This document shows positions 36,468-44,753 of a stretch of 64,000 nucleotides of DNA, piece after piece. The position numbers were made by a program, and so were the translations under genes. The stretch comes from Candidatus Saccharimonadales bacterium (GTDB lineage: Bacteria > Chloroflexota > Limnocylindria > P2-11E), in NCBI GenBank assembly GCA_035493615.1, contig DATJHW010000082.1:766-64765 (forward strand). The letters run 5' to 3'. How positions within the stretch are numbered: the first letter of the stretch is position 1; each line of letters starts with the position of its first letter. The notes beneath the pieces are model-generated. The model had not been told where the DNA came from, made no database searches, and saw only the letters and a program-made list of their open reading frames with translations.

Positions 36468-37786
36468 TCCGCATCCGCTTCTGGGGGGTAAGGGGATCCA
36501 TCGCGGCGGCCGGTCCGGAGACGGCCCGCTACGGCGGGAACACGCCCTGCGTCGAGGCGCGCGCCGACGACGGGACGCTCCTGATCTTCGATTGCGGCAC
36601 GGGCGCGCGGAAGCTTGGGATCGCGCTTGCTCGCGGCGGCCCGACGCGAGCGCACCTGTTCATCAGCCACACCCACGCTGACCACATCCAGGGGCTGCCA
36701 TTCTTCCTGCCGGCCTTCGTGCCGGGCTCGCACCTCACCGTGTACGGGCCGGCCGGCATCGACCGCTCGTTCCCGGCCGCGCTCGGCGGGCAGATGGACT
36801 ACGCGTACTTCCCGGTGCCGATGGACCAGCTGCCGGCGAAGGTCGAGATCGTGGAGCTGGGCGAGGGAGAATTCGGGATCGGCGCGCTCCGCATCCGGAC
36901 GCAATTCATGAACCACACCGCGCCGACCCTCGGATACCGGGTCTCCGGGGCCGGCGGCATCCTCGTCTACGCGACCGACCATGAGGCTCACGAAGGCGCG
37001 ACCTGGCGTCCGGATCACGACGGCCGGTCGTTCGAGGAGTCGGACCTCCTCCACACCGGGGACCAGCGCCACGCCGCGTTCCTGCGGGACGCGTACCTGG
37101 TCATCCACGACGCGCAGTACCACGCCGCCGACTATCCGGCCAAGGCCGGCTGGGGCCACAGCACGATCGAGTACGCCGTCGACATGGCGCGGGTCGCCAA
37201 CGTGAAGCGGCTCGTCCTTTATCACCACGATCCGAACCGCGAAGATGCCGGCGTCGACGCGCTGACCCGCGCGGCGCGCGACCGAGCCGGCCCGCTCGAG
37301 GTCGTCGCCGCGGCCGAGGGCGACGAGCTGGTGCTCCGCGAGACCGCCCGCGACGGTCACGCCGAGGCCGAAGGCCCGCACGCCCCGAAGATCCAGACCC
37401 GGGCCCGCATCCTGGTGGCGGACGACGACCGCGCCGTTCTCCAGGTGCTCGACACCGTCCTCAGCGGTGACGGCTATCAGGTCATCACCGCCGAGGATGG
37501 CGAAGCCGCTCTCGAGCTCGCGAAGCACGATGGGTTCGACCTGATCCTGCTCGATGTGCAGATGCCGAAGCTCGATGGGCTCGCGACCGCGCGGCAGCTG
37601 CGCCGCGAGCCGAAGCTCGCGGACGTGCCGATCGTGATGCTGACCGCGCGCACGGCGGACCGGGACATCGAGGCGGCCTTCGCCGAGGGCGTGACCGACT
37701 ACATCACGAAGCCATTTGCGGTCAGCCAGATGCGGGCCCGGGTCCGGTCGTGGCTGGCGCGCTCCGCCGAGGTCGAGAAGGGCTGA
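36467..37786 (+). CDS. MBL-fold metallo-hydrolase fused to a C-terminal response-regulator receiver; start non-canonical or uncertain
   Basis: This is the 3' two-thirds of track ORF 35738..37786. IRIRFWGVRGSIAAAG...ISHTHADHIQGLPFF (HxHxDH)...LVLYHHDP, then RILVADDDRAVL...LILLDVQMPKLDG...PIVMLTAR...ITKPF. N-terminus aligns with the paralog at 46687..47508. Confidence 0.8.
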   Translation: MRIRFWGVRGSIAAAGPETARYGGNTPCVEARADDGTLLIFDCGTGARKLGIALARGGPTRAHLFISHTHADHIQGLPFFLPAFVPGSHLTVYGPAGIDRSFPAALGGQMDYAYFPVPMDQLPAKVEIVELGEGEFGIGALRIRTQFMNHTAPTLGYRVSGAGGILVYATDHEAHEGATWRPDHDGRSFEESDLLHTGDQRHAAFLRDAYLVIHDAQYHAADYPAKAGWGHSTIEYAVDMARVANVKRLVLYHHDPNREDAGVDALTRAARDRAGPLEVVAAAEGDELVLRETARDGHAEAEGPHAPKIQTRARILVADDDRAVLQVLDTVLSGDGYQVITAEDGEAALELAKHDGFDLILLDVQMPKLDGLATARQLRREPKLADVPIVMLTARTADRDIEAAFAEGVTDYITKPFAVSQMRARVRSWLARSAEVEKG

Positions 37787-37787
37787 G

Positions 37788-38258
37788 CTAGTTCGGCTGA
37801 GAGTCCTTCTGGCGGTGGCGTTCGATCATCTCGAGCAGCTCGTTCACATCGAAGGGCTTGGCGATGTAGCCGGTCGCGCCGATCTCCTCGGCCCAGCGGC
37901 GCGCGCTCTCGGCGGCGGTCATCACGACGATCGGGTACGTGAGCGCCCGCTCGTGCAACCGCTTCGCGAACGCCCACCCGTCGAGGACCGGCATGCGCAT
38001 GTCGAGGAGGATCAGCGCGGGCGCGACATCATCGAGCGCTTCGAGCGCCTCGGCGCCGTTCGCCGCGGTGCGGACCGCGAGCCCCTCGCTCTCGAGGAAA
38101 TCGCGCAGCATCGCGAGGATCTCCGGATCGTCGTCGACGACGAGGATCGGCCGGGCGGCGACGGCCGCGTCGCCGACGCGGGCGCTCGAGCGCGCGGCTC
38201 GATCCGGCGGAGTCGGTCGATCCGGCGCGAGCGCCTGGAACGCGAGCGTGCTCGTCAA
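37788..38258 (-). CDS. Single-domain response regulator (receiver only)
   Basis: ORF 37788..38369, trimmed to TTG 38258, which forms a TTGA overlap with the upstream kinase stop. PILVVDDDPEIL...LILLDMRMPVLDG...PIVVMTAA...IAKPF. Confidence 0.8.
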   Translation of the reverse strand: MTSTLAFQALAPDRPTPPDRAARSSARVGDAAVAARPILVVDDDPEILAMLRDFLESEGLAVRTAANGAEALEALDDVAPALILLDMRMPVLDGWAFAKRLHERALTYPIVVMTAAESARRWAEEIGATGYIAKPFDVNELLEMIERHRQKDSQPN

Positions 38259-40093
38259 TTCAGCTTTCCTTCTCCGGCATCCGGCAGCGCGACGTGAAAG
38301 GTGCTGCCTTCGCCCACTCTGCTTTCCACCCAGATGCGGCCGCCATGCTCCTGCGCGATGCCGCGGCAAATGTACAGACCGAGACCGATCCCCGCGTAGC
38401 GCCGGGCATCGACGTTCGCCGCCCGGTGGAAGCGCTCGAAGACGAATGGCAGGTCCGTCGCCGGGATACCGATGCCGTGGTCCCGCACGCTGAGCCGGAT
38501 CGCCGTCATGTCGCGCCAGGCGTGCACTTCAACGGGACTGTCCTCGGCGCTGTACTTCAATCCGTTCTCGATGAGGTTGTCGACCAGCTGCTCGATCCGG
38601 CGCGGGTCGAACGTGCCGGGGAGCCGCTCCAGCGCATCGACGACGATCCGCTCCCGCTCGGGGCGTTGGCGCTCCGCAACCTGGCGGACGACGGCACCGA
38701 CGTCGATGAGCTCGCGGTGCACGTCGAGCTTGCCTTCCTCGATGCGCGACGCGTCCAACAGGTCCTCGACCAGCGCCGACAGGCGGCGGGCCTCTCTGGC
38801 GATCCGGGCGATGGCCGGCTGGTGCGCCGCGAGGGCGGGATCGCGGGCGAACCGCAGCTCGAGGATCTGGGCCTGGCCGAGCAACGTCGTGAGCGGGGTC
38901 TTGAGGTCGTGCGCGGCGGCCGAGACGAAATCCTCCTTGAGCTTCGCGGAGTCCTCGAGCGCGCGGACCCGGGCAGCCTCATCGATGAGCGCCCGGCTCT
39001 CGAGGACGACGGCGGCCTGATCGGCGAGCAGCTGCGCCAGCGCCAGGTCGTCGTTCGAGAACACCGGCTGGTGCGCAGCGAAGGCCTCGAGGACGCCGAT
39101 GCGGCGCGAGCCTGCGGTGATCGGCGCGATCAGCACGGGGCCGACGCGGGCCTGCCGGTAGTCGCTCGCATGCTCCGGGTGCGCCCGCGCGGCGTCGGCG
39201 AAGAACTCCGCCCGTTGGGATGCGAACACGCGCGACGCGAGATAGGGGCTGTCCTCGCGGACGATCCGCGGCAGGGCGCCCTGCCCGTCGTTGAACCGGA
39301 GCCCGCCGGCATCCGGGTCGTAGAGCCCGATGGCGGCCCGGGCGCCGAACGACTCTCCCGCTCCGCGCTCGAGCTCGCGGATGATCGCGTCGGTGGTGGG
39401 CAGCCGCGGGAGCGTCCCCGCGCGGGCGAGGAACGCGCGGAGCTCGGGCTCCTGCCAGTAGCGGCGGAGCTGCACCGGTGGCGCGAATCCGAGCAGCCAC
39501 GCTGCCGCGGCGAGCAGCGCGAGCAGCTGCGTGGCCCCGGACACCAACCCGGCCCAGCTTGGGGCCAGCGTGCTCCCTGCGGCGACGAGCACCGCGAGCC
39601 CGAGCAGGCCCATCCCGGCGGCGACGGCCTGCGTGCGGCGCTTCGTCACGCCCGACGAGCGCCGGGCCAGCTGGACGAAGCCGAACGCGACGTACATCGC
39701 GACGGCGCCGAAGTACACGATCAGGAAGAGCGTCGCGGCCGGGTCGATCGGCGAGCCGCTGGTGACGACGATGATCGCGGACGCGATCAGGCCGCCGAGC
39801 GTCGCCGCCCGCACCAGCAGGGGCACGTCGGCGAAGTCGTCGAGCAGCCGCAACATCAGATACGGCAGCGCCATGACCAGGATCGCGGCGATGGAGCTGG
39901 TCACGATGTTGCTCGCGAGGCCCGCGAGCTGCAGGGCCGGGACCTCGAGCACGGCGGCCGCGATCACGCCGAAGAAGACGGCGGTGTCGACGGCGGTGCG
40001 GGTCCGGTCACGCGAGGCGGCGAACGCCACGAGCACGAAGATGCCGACGAACAGCGCGTCGGTGAGGCCTTGAATGAGCTGGAGCGCCGTCAT
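38255..40093 (-). CDS. Sensor histidine kinase (polytopic N-terminus, GAF, HisKA, HATPase_c)
   Basis: About 6-7 TM helices, H-box FVSAAAHDLKTPLT, and G-boxes DHGIGIP / GIGLGLYICRGIAQEHGG. Confidence 0.9.
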   Translation of the reverse strand: MTALQLIQGLTDALFVGIFVLVAFAASRDRTRTAVDTAVFFGVIAAAVLEVPALQLAGLASNIVTSSIAAILVMALPYLMLRLLDDFADVPLLVRAATLGGLIASAIIVVTSGSPIDPAATLFLIVYFGAVAMYVAFGFVQLARRSSGVTKRRTQAVAAGMGLLGLAVLVAAGSTLAPSWAGLVSGATQLLALLAAAAWLLGFAPPVQLRRYWQEPELRAFLARAGTLPRLPTTDAIIRELERGAGESFGARAAIGLYDPDAGGLRFNDGQGALPRIVREDSPYLASRVFASQRAEFFADAARAHPEHASDYRQARVGPVLIAPITAGSRRIGVLEAFAAHQPVFSNDDLALAQLLADQAAVVLESRALIDEAARVRALEDSAKLKEDFVSAAAHDLKTPLTTLLGQAQILELRFARDPALAAHQPAIARIAREARRLSALVEDLLDASRIEEGKLDVHRELIDVGAVVRQVAERQRPERERIVVDALERLPGTFDPRRIEQLVDNLIENGLKYSAEDSPVEVHAWRDMTAIRLSVRDHGIGIPATDLPFVFERFHRAANVDARRYAGIGLGLYICRGIAQEHGGRIWVESRVGEGSTFHVALPDAGEGKLN

Positions 40094-40105
40094 TGGCGCG
40101 GAATG

Positions 40106-41608
40106 CTACTGGGCGGGTCGGTCGTTGAGCATGGCCCGAATGGCTTCCCGGCTCTCGGTGGATCGCTCGGGGGCCGGTGCCTGCGCCGGTGGCACGATGA
40201 TCGCTTGCTCGGCCGGCTGGTCGGACGGATGTGGCGACTCGGCGTCCTCCGGCCCACCGGCGGCGCGGATCAGGTTGCGCTCGGCGTCCGGCGAGTCGAG
40301 GCCGATGAGCTTGTCGACGAGCTTGCGGTTGCGCATCGAGCGCGCGAGGGCGCCGAGCACCGCCGGGTTGCGCAGCGCATTCGGATCCTGCTGCGCGAGC
40401 GGCGTGAGCGCGACCTCCTGCGCGAGCTCGGTCGATGAGATCGTGACGTTCTCCTTCTTGGCGAGGGCATCGAGGACGAGCAGTGACTTCGCCCGGCGTT
40501 CGGCGGTCGCGCGCCAATCCGTGCGGATCTCGTCCTCGGTCTTCCGCGCCTGGAGGAGGAACTGCTCCCAGCTCAAGCCCTGATCCTTCACGCGGGCTTT
40601 CAGGTCGGCCATCAGGTGGTCGAGCTCATCGGAAACGAGGATCTCGGGTACCTCGACGGTCGACGTGTCGAGCAGATGCGCGAGGAGCGTCTCGGCCGCC
40701 TCGTCGCGGGCCTCGTGGAACGCCGCATGCGCGAGCTCGCTCCGGACGGCCTTGTCGAGCTCGGCGAGCGTGGCGACCCCGACCGTCTTGGCGAACTCGT
40801 CGTCCAGCGGTGGCAGGAGCTTCTCCGCGACCTGCGACACGTGCGCGGTGAACGCGCCGGTCTTGCCCCGGAGATCCTCGTCCGGGTAGTCGTCCGGGAA
40901 CGCCAGCTCGAAGTCCCTCGTGTCGCCGGCCTTCGCTCCGACGAGAGCTTCGGCGAGCCCCGGGATCGCGTAATCCTTCCCGAGCTCGAGGTGCGCGTTG
41001 CGGCCCATCGGCGGCATCTGCTTGCCATCGAGCTTCACGTCGAGATCGATCGTGAGCACGTCGTTCGGCTCGGCCGCCCGCTCGACGGGCTTGAGCTCGG
41101 CGTGGTGCTCGCGCATCCCGGCGATGGTCTGCTCGACCTGCTCGTCGGTGATCGGCGTCGGCCGGACGGCCACCCCGGCCGCGCCGGGATCGCCGAGCGT
41201 GACCTCCGGGCGCACCGGGACGGTCGCCGAGTACTTGAGCGGCTTTCCCGGCTCCAACTGGCTCACCTCGACGTCCGGCCGGTCGAGCCAGTCGATGCTC
41301 TCGAGATCCGCGATCTCTTTGAACGTCTCGTCGACGACGTCGGCCGCCGCGTCCTCCCAGAGGTGGTCGGCGCCGTACGTGCGCTCGTACAGCGCGCGCG
41401 GCGCCTTGCCCGGCCGGAAGCCGGGGATCTTGGCGTGCTGCACGTGCTTCGCGAACGCGCGGTCGCTCGCGCGCTCGAGCCGGCCGGCGTCGACCTCGAC
41501 GTTCAGCGCGACGATCGAGCCGGGCTTGCGCTCGATGGTGTGGGTGAACGAGCGGGTGGGCTCGGCCTCGGGCGCGGGCGTGGTGGTCGGCGGCTGCTCC
41601 GTCGTCAT
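40106..41608 (-). CDS. tig: Trigger factor
   Basis: ORF 40106..41719, trimmed to the internal ATG 41608 (MTTEQPP...). Ribosome-binding signature IPGFRPGKAPR, a PPIase-like middle region, and a C-terminal arm domain. Confidence 0.9.
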   Translation of the reverse strand: MTTEQPPTTTPAPEAEPTRSFTHTIERKPGSIVALNVEVDAGRLERASDRAFAKHVQHAKIPGFRPGKAPRALYERTYGADHLWEDAAADVVDETFKEIADLESIDWLDRPDVEVSQLEPGKPLKYSATVPVRPEVTLGDPGAAGVAVRPTPITDEQVEQTIAGMREHHAELKPVERAAEPNDVLTIDLDVKLDGKQMPPMGRNAHLELGKDYAIPGLAEALVGAKAGDTRDFELAFPDDYPDEDLRGKTGAFTAHVSQVAEKLLPPLDDEFAKTVGVATLAELDKAVRSELAHAAFHEARDEAAETLLAHLLDTSTVEVPEILVSDELDHLMADLKARVKDQGLSWEQFLLQARKTEDEIRTDWRATAERRAKSLLVLDALAKKENVTISSTELAQEVALTPLAQQDPNALRNPAVLGALARSMRNRKLVDKLIGLDSPDAERNLIRAAGGPEDAESPHPSDQPAEQAIIVPPAQAPAPERSTESREAIRAMLNDRPAQ

Positions 41609-41656
41609 GGAGACATCAAGTCTAGGGCTCCGCGGCCTATGCTGGCGAGCACCCCG

Positions 41657-41995
41657 ATGTACTTCTACGAGATCCACGAGCCGGACGACGACCTCGGCAC
41701 CGCGGTGCTGTTGTCCCACGAGGACCGCTTCTCACCCGAGGAGTTCTTCCGGATGGTCAAGAAGGCGCGCGACCTCGTGAAGGACAGCTTCGAGGAGGCA
41801 TCGTTGCCCGAAGCCATCGCGAACGAGCTCGAGCGGTCGAGCCGATTCGTGCACGTCACGGACGAGCGGCTCCTCGCATCGGTGAGCGTCGGCGACACGG
41901 ACCAGGACACGTTCCTGGTCGCGAGCGACGAGGGCGTGCGCACCGTCTACGTCGAAGGCGACGAGCCGAAGGCCAATGGCGACCGCCCGAACTGA
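41657..41995 (+). CDS. Hypothetical acidic protein (112 aa; alternative ATG at 41639)
   Basis: In-frame C-terminal part of the spurious ORF 40616..41995. MYFYEIHEPDDDLGTAVLLSHEDRFSPEEFFRMVKKARDLV... High GC3. No family recognised. Confidence 0.5.
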   Translation: MYFYEIHEPDDDLGTAVLLSHEDRFSPEEFFRMVKKARDLVKDSFEEASLPEAIANELERSSRFVHVTDERLLASVSVGDTDQDTFLVASDEGVRTVYVEGDEPKANGDRPN

Positions 41996-42890
41996 CCGCC
42001 CGCGCATCGGCTTCGTCGGCCTCGGGATCATGGGCCGGCCGATGGCCCAGAACGCCCTCAAGGCGGGCTTCCCGGTCACGGTGACGAACCGCACGCTGGA
42101 CCGGGCGGAGCCGCTTCGGGCCGCAGGGGCCACGGTGGTCAACACGCCGCGCGAGGTCGCGGAGCGGTCGGACATCACCGTGACGATGGTCACGAACGCG
42201 CCCGACGTCGAGACGGTCACGTTCGGCCCAGGCGGGATCGCCGACGGCGCGCACGACGGCCTGCTGGCGATCGACATGAGCAGCATCTCCCCCGTCGCGG
42301 CGCGCTCGTTCGCGGAGCGTGCGGAGGCGAAGGGCTTCACGACCCTCGACGCGCCGGTGTCGGGTGGCGAGATCGGCGCGATCGAGGCGCGCCTCTCGAT
42401 CATGGTCGGCGGCGACGACGCGGACGTCGAGCGCGCGCGCCCGCTGTTCGAGGCGCTCGGCAAGACCATCGTCCACATCGGCGGCCACGGCGCCGGGCAG
42501 GCCTGCAAGCTCGCGAATCAGATCGCGGTCGCGATCAACAACCTGGGCGTGTCCGAGGCGCTCGTCTTCGCCGCCGCCATGGGTATCGACCTCGAACGCA
42601 CGCGTCAGGTCATCGCCGGAGGCGCGGGCAGCTCGTGGGCGATGCAGAACTACGCCCAGAAGATGCTCGCCGGCGACTTCAAGCCCGGCTTCATGGTCGA
42701 CCATCAGCAGAAGGACCTGCGGAACGTCCTCGACGCCGCGTATTCGGCGCACGTGTCGCTGCCGGGAACGGCGCTCGCGCACGCGCTGTACAACGCGCTG
42801 CAGCAGGACGGCGGCGGCCGCGAGGGGAACCTCGCGATCATCAAGGTCATCGAGAAGCTCTCGGGGATCGAGGCGCGCACAAGGTCGTGA
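41976..42890 (+). CDS. NAD(P)-dependent beta-hydroxyacid dehydrogenase (3-hydroxyisobutyrate / 2-hydroxy-3-oxopropionate reductase family)
   Basis: IGFVGLGIMGRPMAQNALKAGF Rossmann motif...DAPVSGG...GAGQACKLANQ is typical of the HIBADH family. Confidence 0.85.
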   Translation: MATARTDRPRIGFVGLGIMGRPMAQNALKAGFPVTVTNRTLDRAEPLRAAGATVVNTPREVAERSDITVTMVTNAPDVETVTFGPGGIADGAHDGLLAIDMSSISPVAARSFAERAEAKGFTTLDAPVSGGEIGAIEARLSIMVGGDDADVERARPLFEALGKTIVHIGGHGAGQACKLANQIAVAINNLGVSEALVFAAAMGIDLERTRQVIAGGAGSSWAMQNYAQKMLAGDFKPGFMVDHQQKDLRNVLDAAYSAHVSLPGTALAHALYNALQQDGGGREGNLAIIKVIEKLSGIEARTRS

Positions 42891-42895
42891 GGCGG

Positions 42896-42980
42896 TGCCC
42901 GAGGTGGGACTCGAACCCACACGAGGTTTCCCTCATCGGCTCCTAAAACCGACGCGTCTACCGAACTTCGCCACTCGGGC
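42896..42980 (-). tRNA. tRNA-Leu (anticodon UAG), class II with long variable arm; CCA not encoded
   Basis: Hand fold of the minus strand: GCCCGAG-UG-GCGAAGUUCGGUAGACGC-G-UCGGU-UUUAGGA-GCCGA-UGAGGGAAACCUCGU-GUGGG-UUCGAGU-CCCAC-CUCGGGC-A. Confidence 0.9.
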
Positions 42981-43006
42981 AGGCGATCCTCAGGATGGTA
43001 ACGAGG

Positions 43007-43900
43007 TCACTTCGACGGAGCGGACGAGCGACGCACGTAATCGTTCCAAATCTCCCGTTTCCGAAGCAGCGACGGTGCGTTTGGATCCGCGTAGAGCCAC
43101 TCGAGAAGGGTGATCGAGTCGTGCTTCCCATACGCAAGGCGGTAGCTCGGGTGCCGATCGGGACGAACGAATGTGCCGATCCATCCGCGGAGGCCGAGGG
43201 CCGCACGTAACTCGGAGTGCAGCCACTCAACGTGAGCACGACTTCCCGAAACGAAATGCACCCGAAGGTATTCGTAGTAGTAGTCCGAACGCCGAGTGGT
43301 ATCGGCTCGCCATACCTTGTTGATGATGCTGCCATCGCCGTCGAGAAGGCCCCGAACAAGATGGGCCATCAGCCCATCTGGAACGTGGAGCGGACCGAGC
43401 GTCAAGCTCTTCCGAGGACTCAACCCCGCATGCTCCAGCCAGCGATAGAGCACGACGTCCTTGATCTGAAAGCGGTAGATCTCGCGACCCAGCCGTGTTC
43501 GACACACGCGGTAGTTGGGCTCGCGGCCTAGGCACCGAAGCAACACCTCGACCAGCTGCGCGTCCTGACTGACAAATGCGATCGCGTGTCCCCGCTCGAT
43601 GAGACAGCCGTCGGTCGCGATGAGTCCCACGGCATAGGCCATCGTCGGCGTCCAGTCGTACGACGACGGCCGGCCCGACATTCCCCGCCAGCGGAGAAGC
43701 TCGGTCGGCGTCCGGCGCTGATACGTGAGGCCCGTGTGTGCCGCCGCGGCACGCGCGATCCGCGCATCCGACGCCGCGGTCTTGCCGCGCGCCCAGCCCT
43801 TGCCGCCACCGGTCATCGCCAAGATATGCGCAGACGGACGACGCCGTGTCCATAGGACCGCCTGATCTTGTGCGCGTTCACGCACCTTCGGATGCATCAC
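43007..43900 (-). CDS. Free-standing double-motif LAGLIDADG homing-endonuclease-like protein (alternative ATG at 43816)
   Basis: Two LAGLIDADG motifs: AYAVGLIATDGCL and HLVRGLLDGDGSI. Codon usage is visibly A/T-richer at third positions than in all neighbouring genes. Confidence 0.75.
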   Translation of the reverse strand: MMHPKVRERAQDQAVLWTRRRPSAHILAMTGGGKGWARGKTAASDARIARAAAAHTGLTYQRRTPTELLRWRGMSGRPSSYDWTPTMAYAVGLIATDGCLIERGHAIAFVSQDAQLVEVLLRCLGREPNYRVCRTRLGREIYRFQIKDVVLYRWLEHAGLSPRKSLTLGPLHVPDGLMAHLVRGLLDGDGSIINKVWRADTTRRSDYYYEYLRVHFVSGSRAHVEWLHSELRAALGLRGWIGTFVRPDRHPSYRLAYGKHDSITLLEWLYADPNAPSLLRKREIWNDYVRRSSAPSK

Positions 43901-44027
43901 TGGTACGGTGAGGAGGTCGCAGCACGGTCCCGATGACCGCGCGTCGCGATGCCGGGCACGGTTTGGGTGTGCCCGTCAGCTCGATCAAGACCCGTCCCAT
44001 GCCGGGCCACCCAGTGAAGGAGCCCGC

Positions 44028-44753
44028 ATGGCAACAGGCGTCACCGTCTCCGACCTCGACCAGAACCGTGTCCTCGCGCCACTCCCGGTGGCGGACCGGA
44101 CCCGGCTCGCGGCCGCGCTCGAGCCGTACCAGTCCGATCACCAGGTGCTGGTCGAGGCGGGGGGCGCGATCACCCACGCCTACTTCCCGTCGGTCGGCAT
44201 GATCTCGGTCGTCGCGGCGCTGAAGAACGGCAGGCGGGCGGAGGTCGCGACGGTCGGACGGGAGGGGATGGCCGGCCTACCGCTGTTCCTCGGTTCGAAG
44301 ACGAGCCTGTACGAGATCGTCTCGCAGGTCGCCGGCAAGGGGCTCCGCATGCCGGCGGCTGTGTTCACCGACGAGGTCACCCGCAGCCCGGCGTTCCGTG
44401 CCAGGCTGCTGCGGTACAGCGAGCTCCGGATGGCCATGCTCGGGCAGACGGCGGCGTGCAACGCGGCGCATCGGATCGGCCCCCGCCTCGCCCGCTGGCT
44501 GCTCCTCAGCCAGGATTCGGTCGACAGCGACCGCTTCGTCCTGACCCACGAGTTCCTCTCGCACATGCTGGGCGCCGAGCGTCCGAGCGTGACCCTCGCA
44601 GCCGGCGCGCTCCAGAAGCGCGACCTGATCACGTACCGCCGCGGCTCCGTCCAGGTCAAGGACCGCCCAGGCCTGGAGCGCGCGGCCTGCGAGTGCTACG
44701 GCATCGTGCGCCGGGAAGCGTCGCGCCTCATGGAGGACGGCCGCCCGGCCTGA
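44028..44753 (+). CDS. Crp/Fnr-family transcriptional regulator
   Basis: ORF 43908..44753, trimmed to ATG 44028 (MATGVTVSDLDQNR...). N-terminal cNMP-binding-like beta-barrel and C-terminal HTH (SHMLGAERPSVTLAAGALQKRDLI). Confidence 0.8.
   Translation: MATGVTVSDLDQNRVLAPLPVADRTRLAAALEPYQSDHQVLVEAGGAITHAYFPSVGMISVVAALKNGRRAEVATVGREGMAGLPLFLGSKTSLYEIVSQVAGKGLRMPAAVFTDEVTRSPAFRARLLRYSELRMAMLGQTAACNAAHRIGPRLARWLLLSQDSVDSDRFVLTHEFLSHMLGAERPSVTLAAGALQKRDLITYRRGSVQVKDRPGLERAACECYGIVRREASRLMEDGRPA

Noticed and set aside
34946-37786. Interpreting the CpaE-like ATPase block as part of a Tad/Flp pilus locus
   Set aside because: No CpaF/TadA ATPase, TadB/C, prepilin peptidase, pilin or secretin genes occur in the window. 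Only receiver and MBL genes accompany it.
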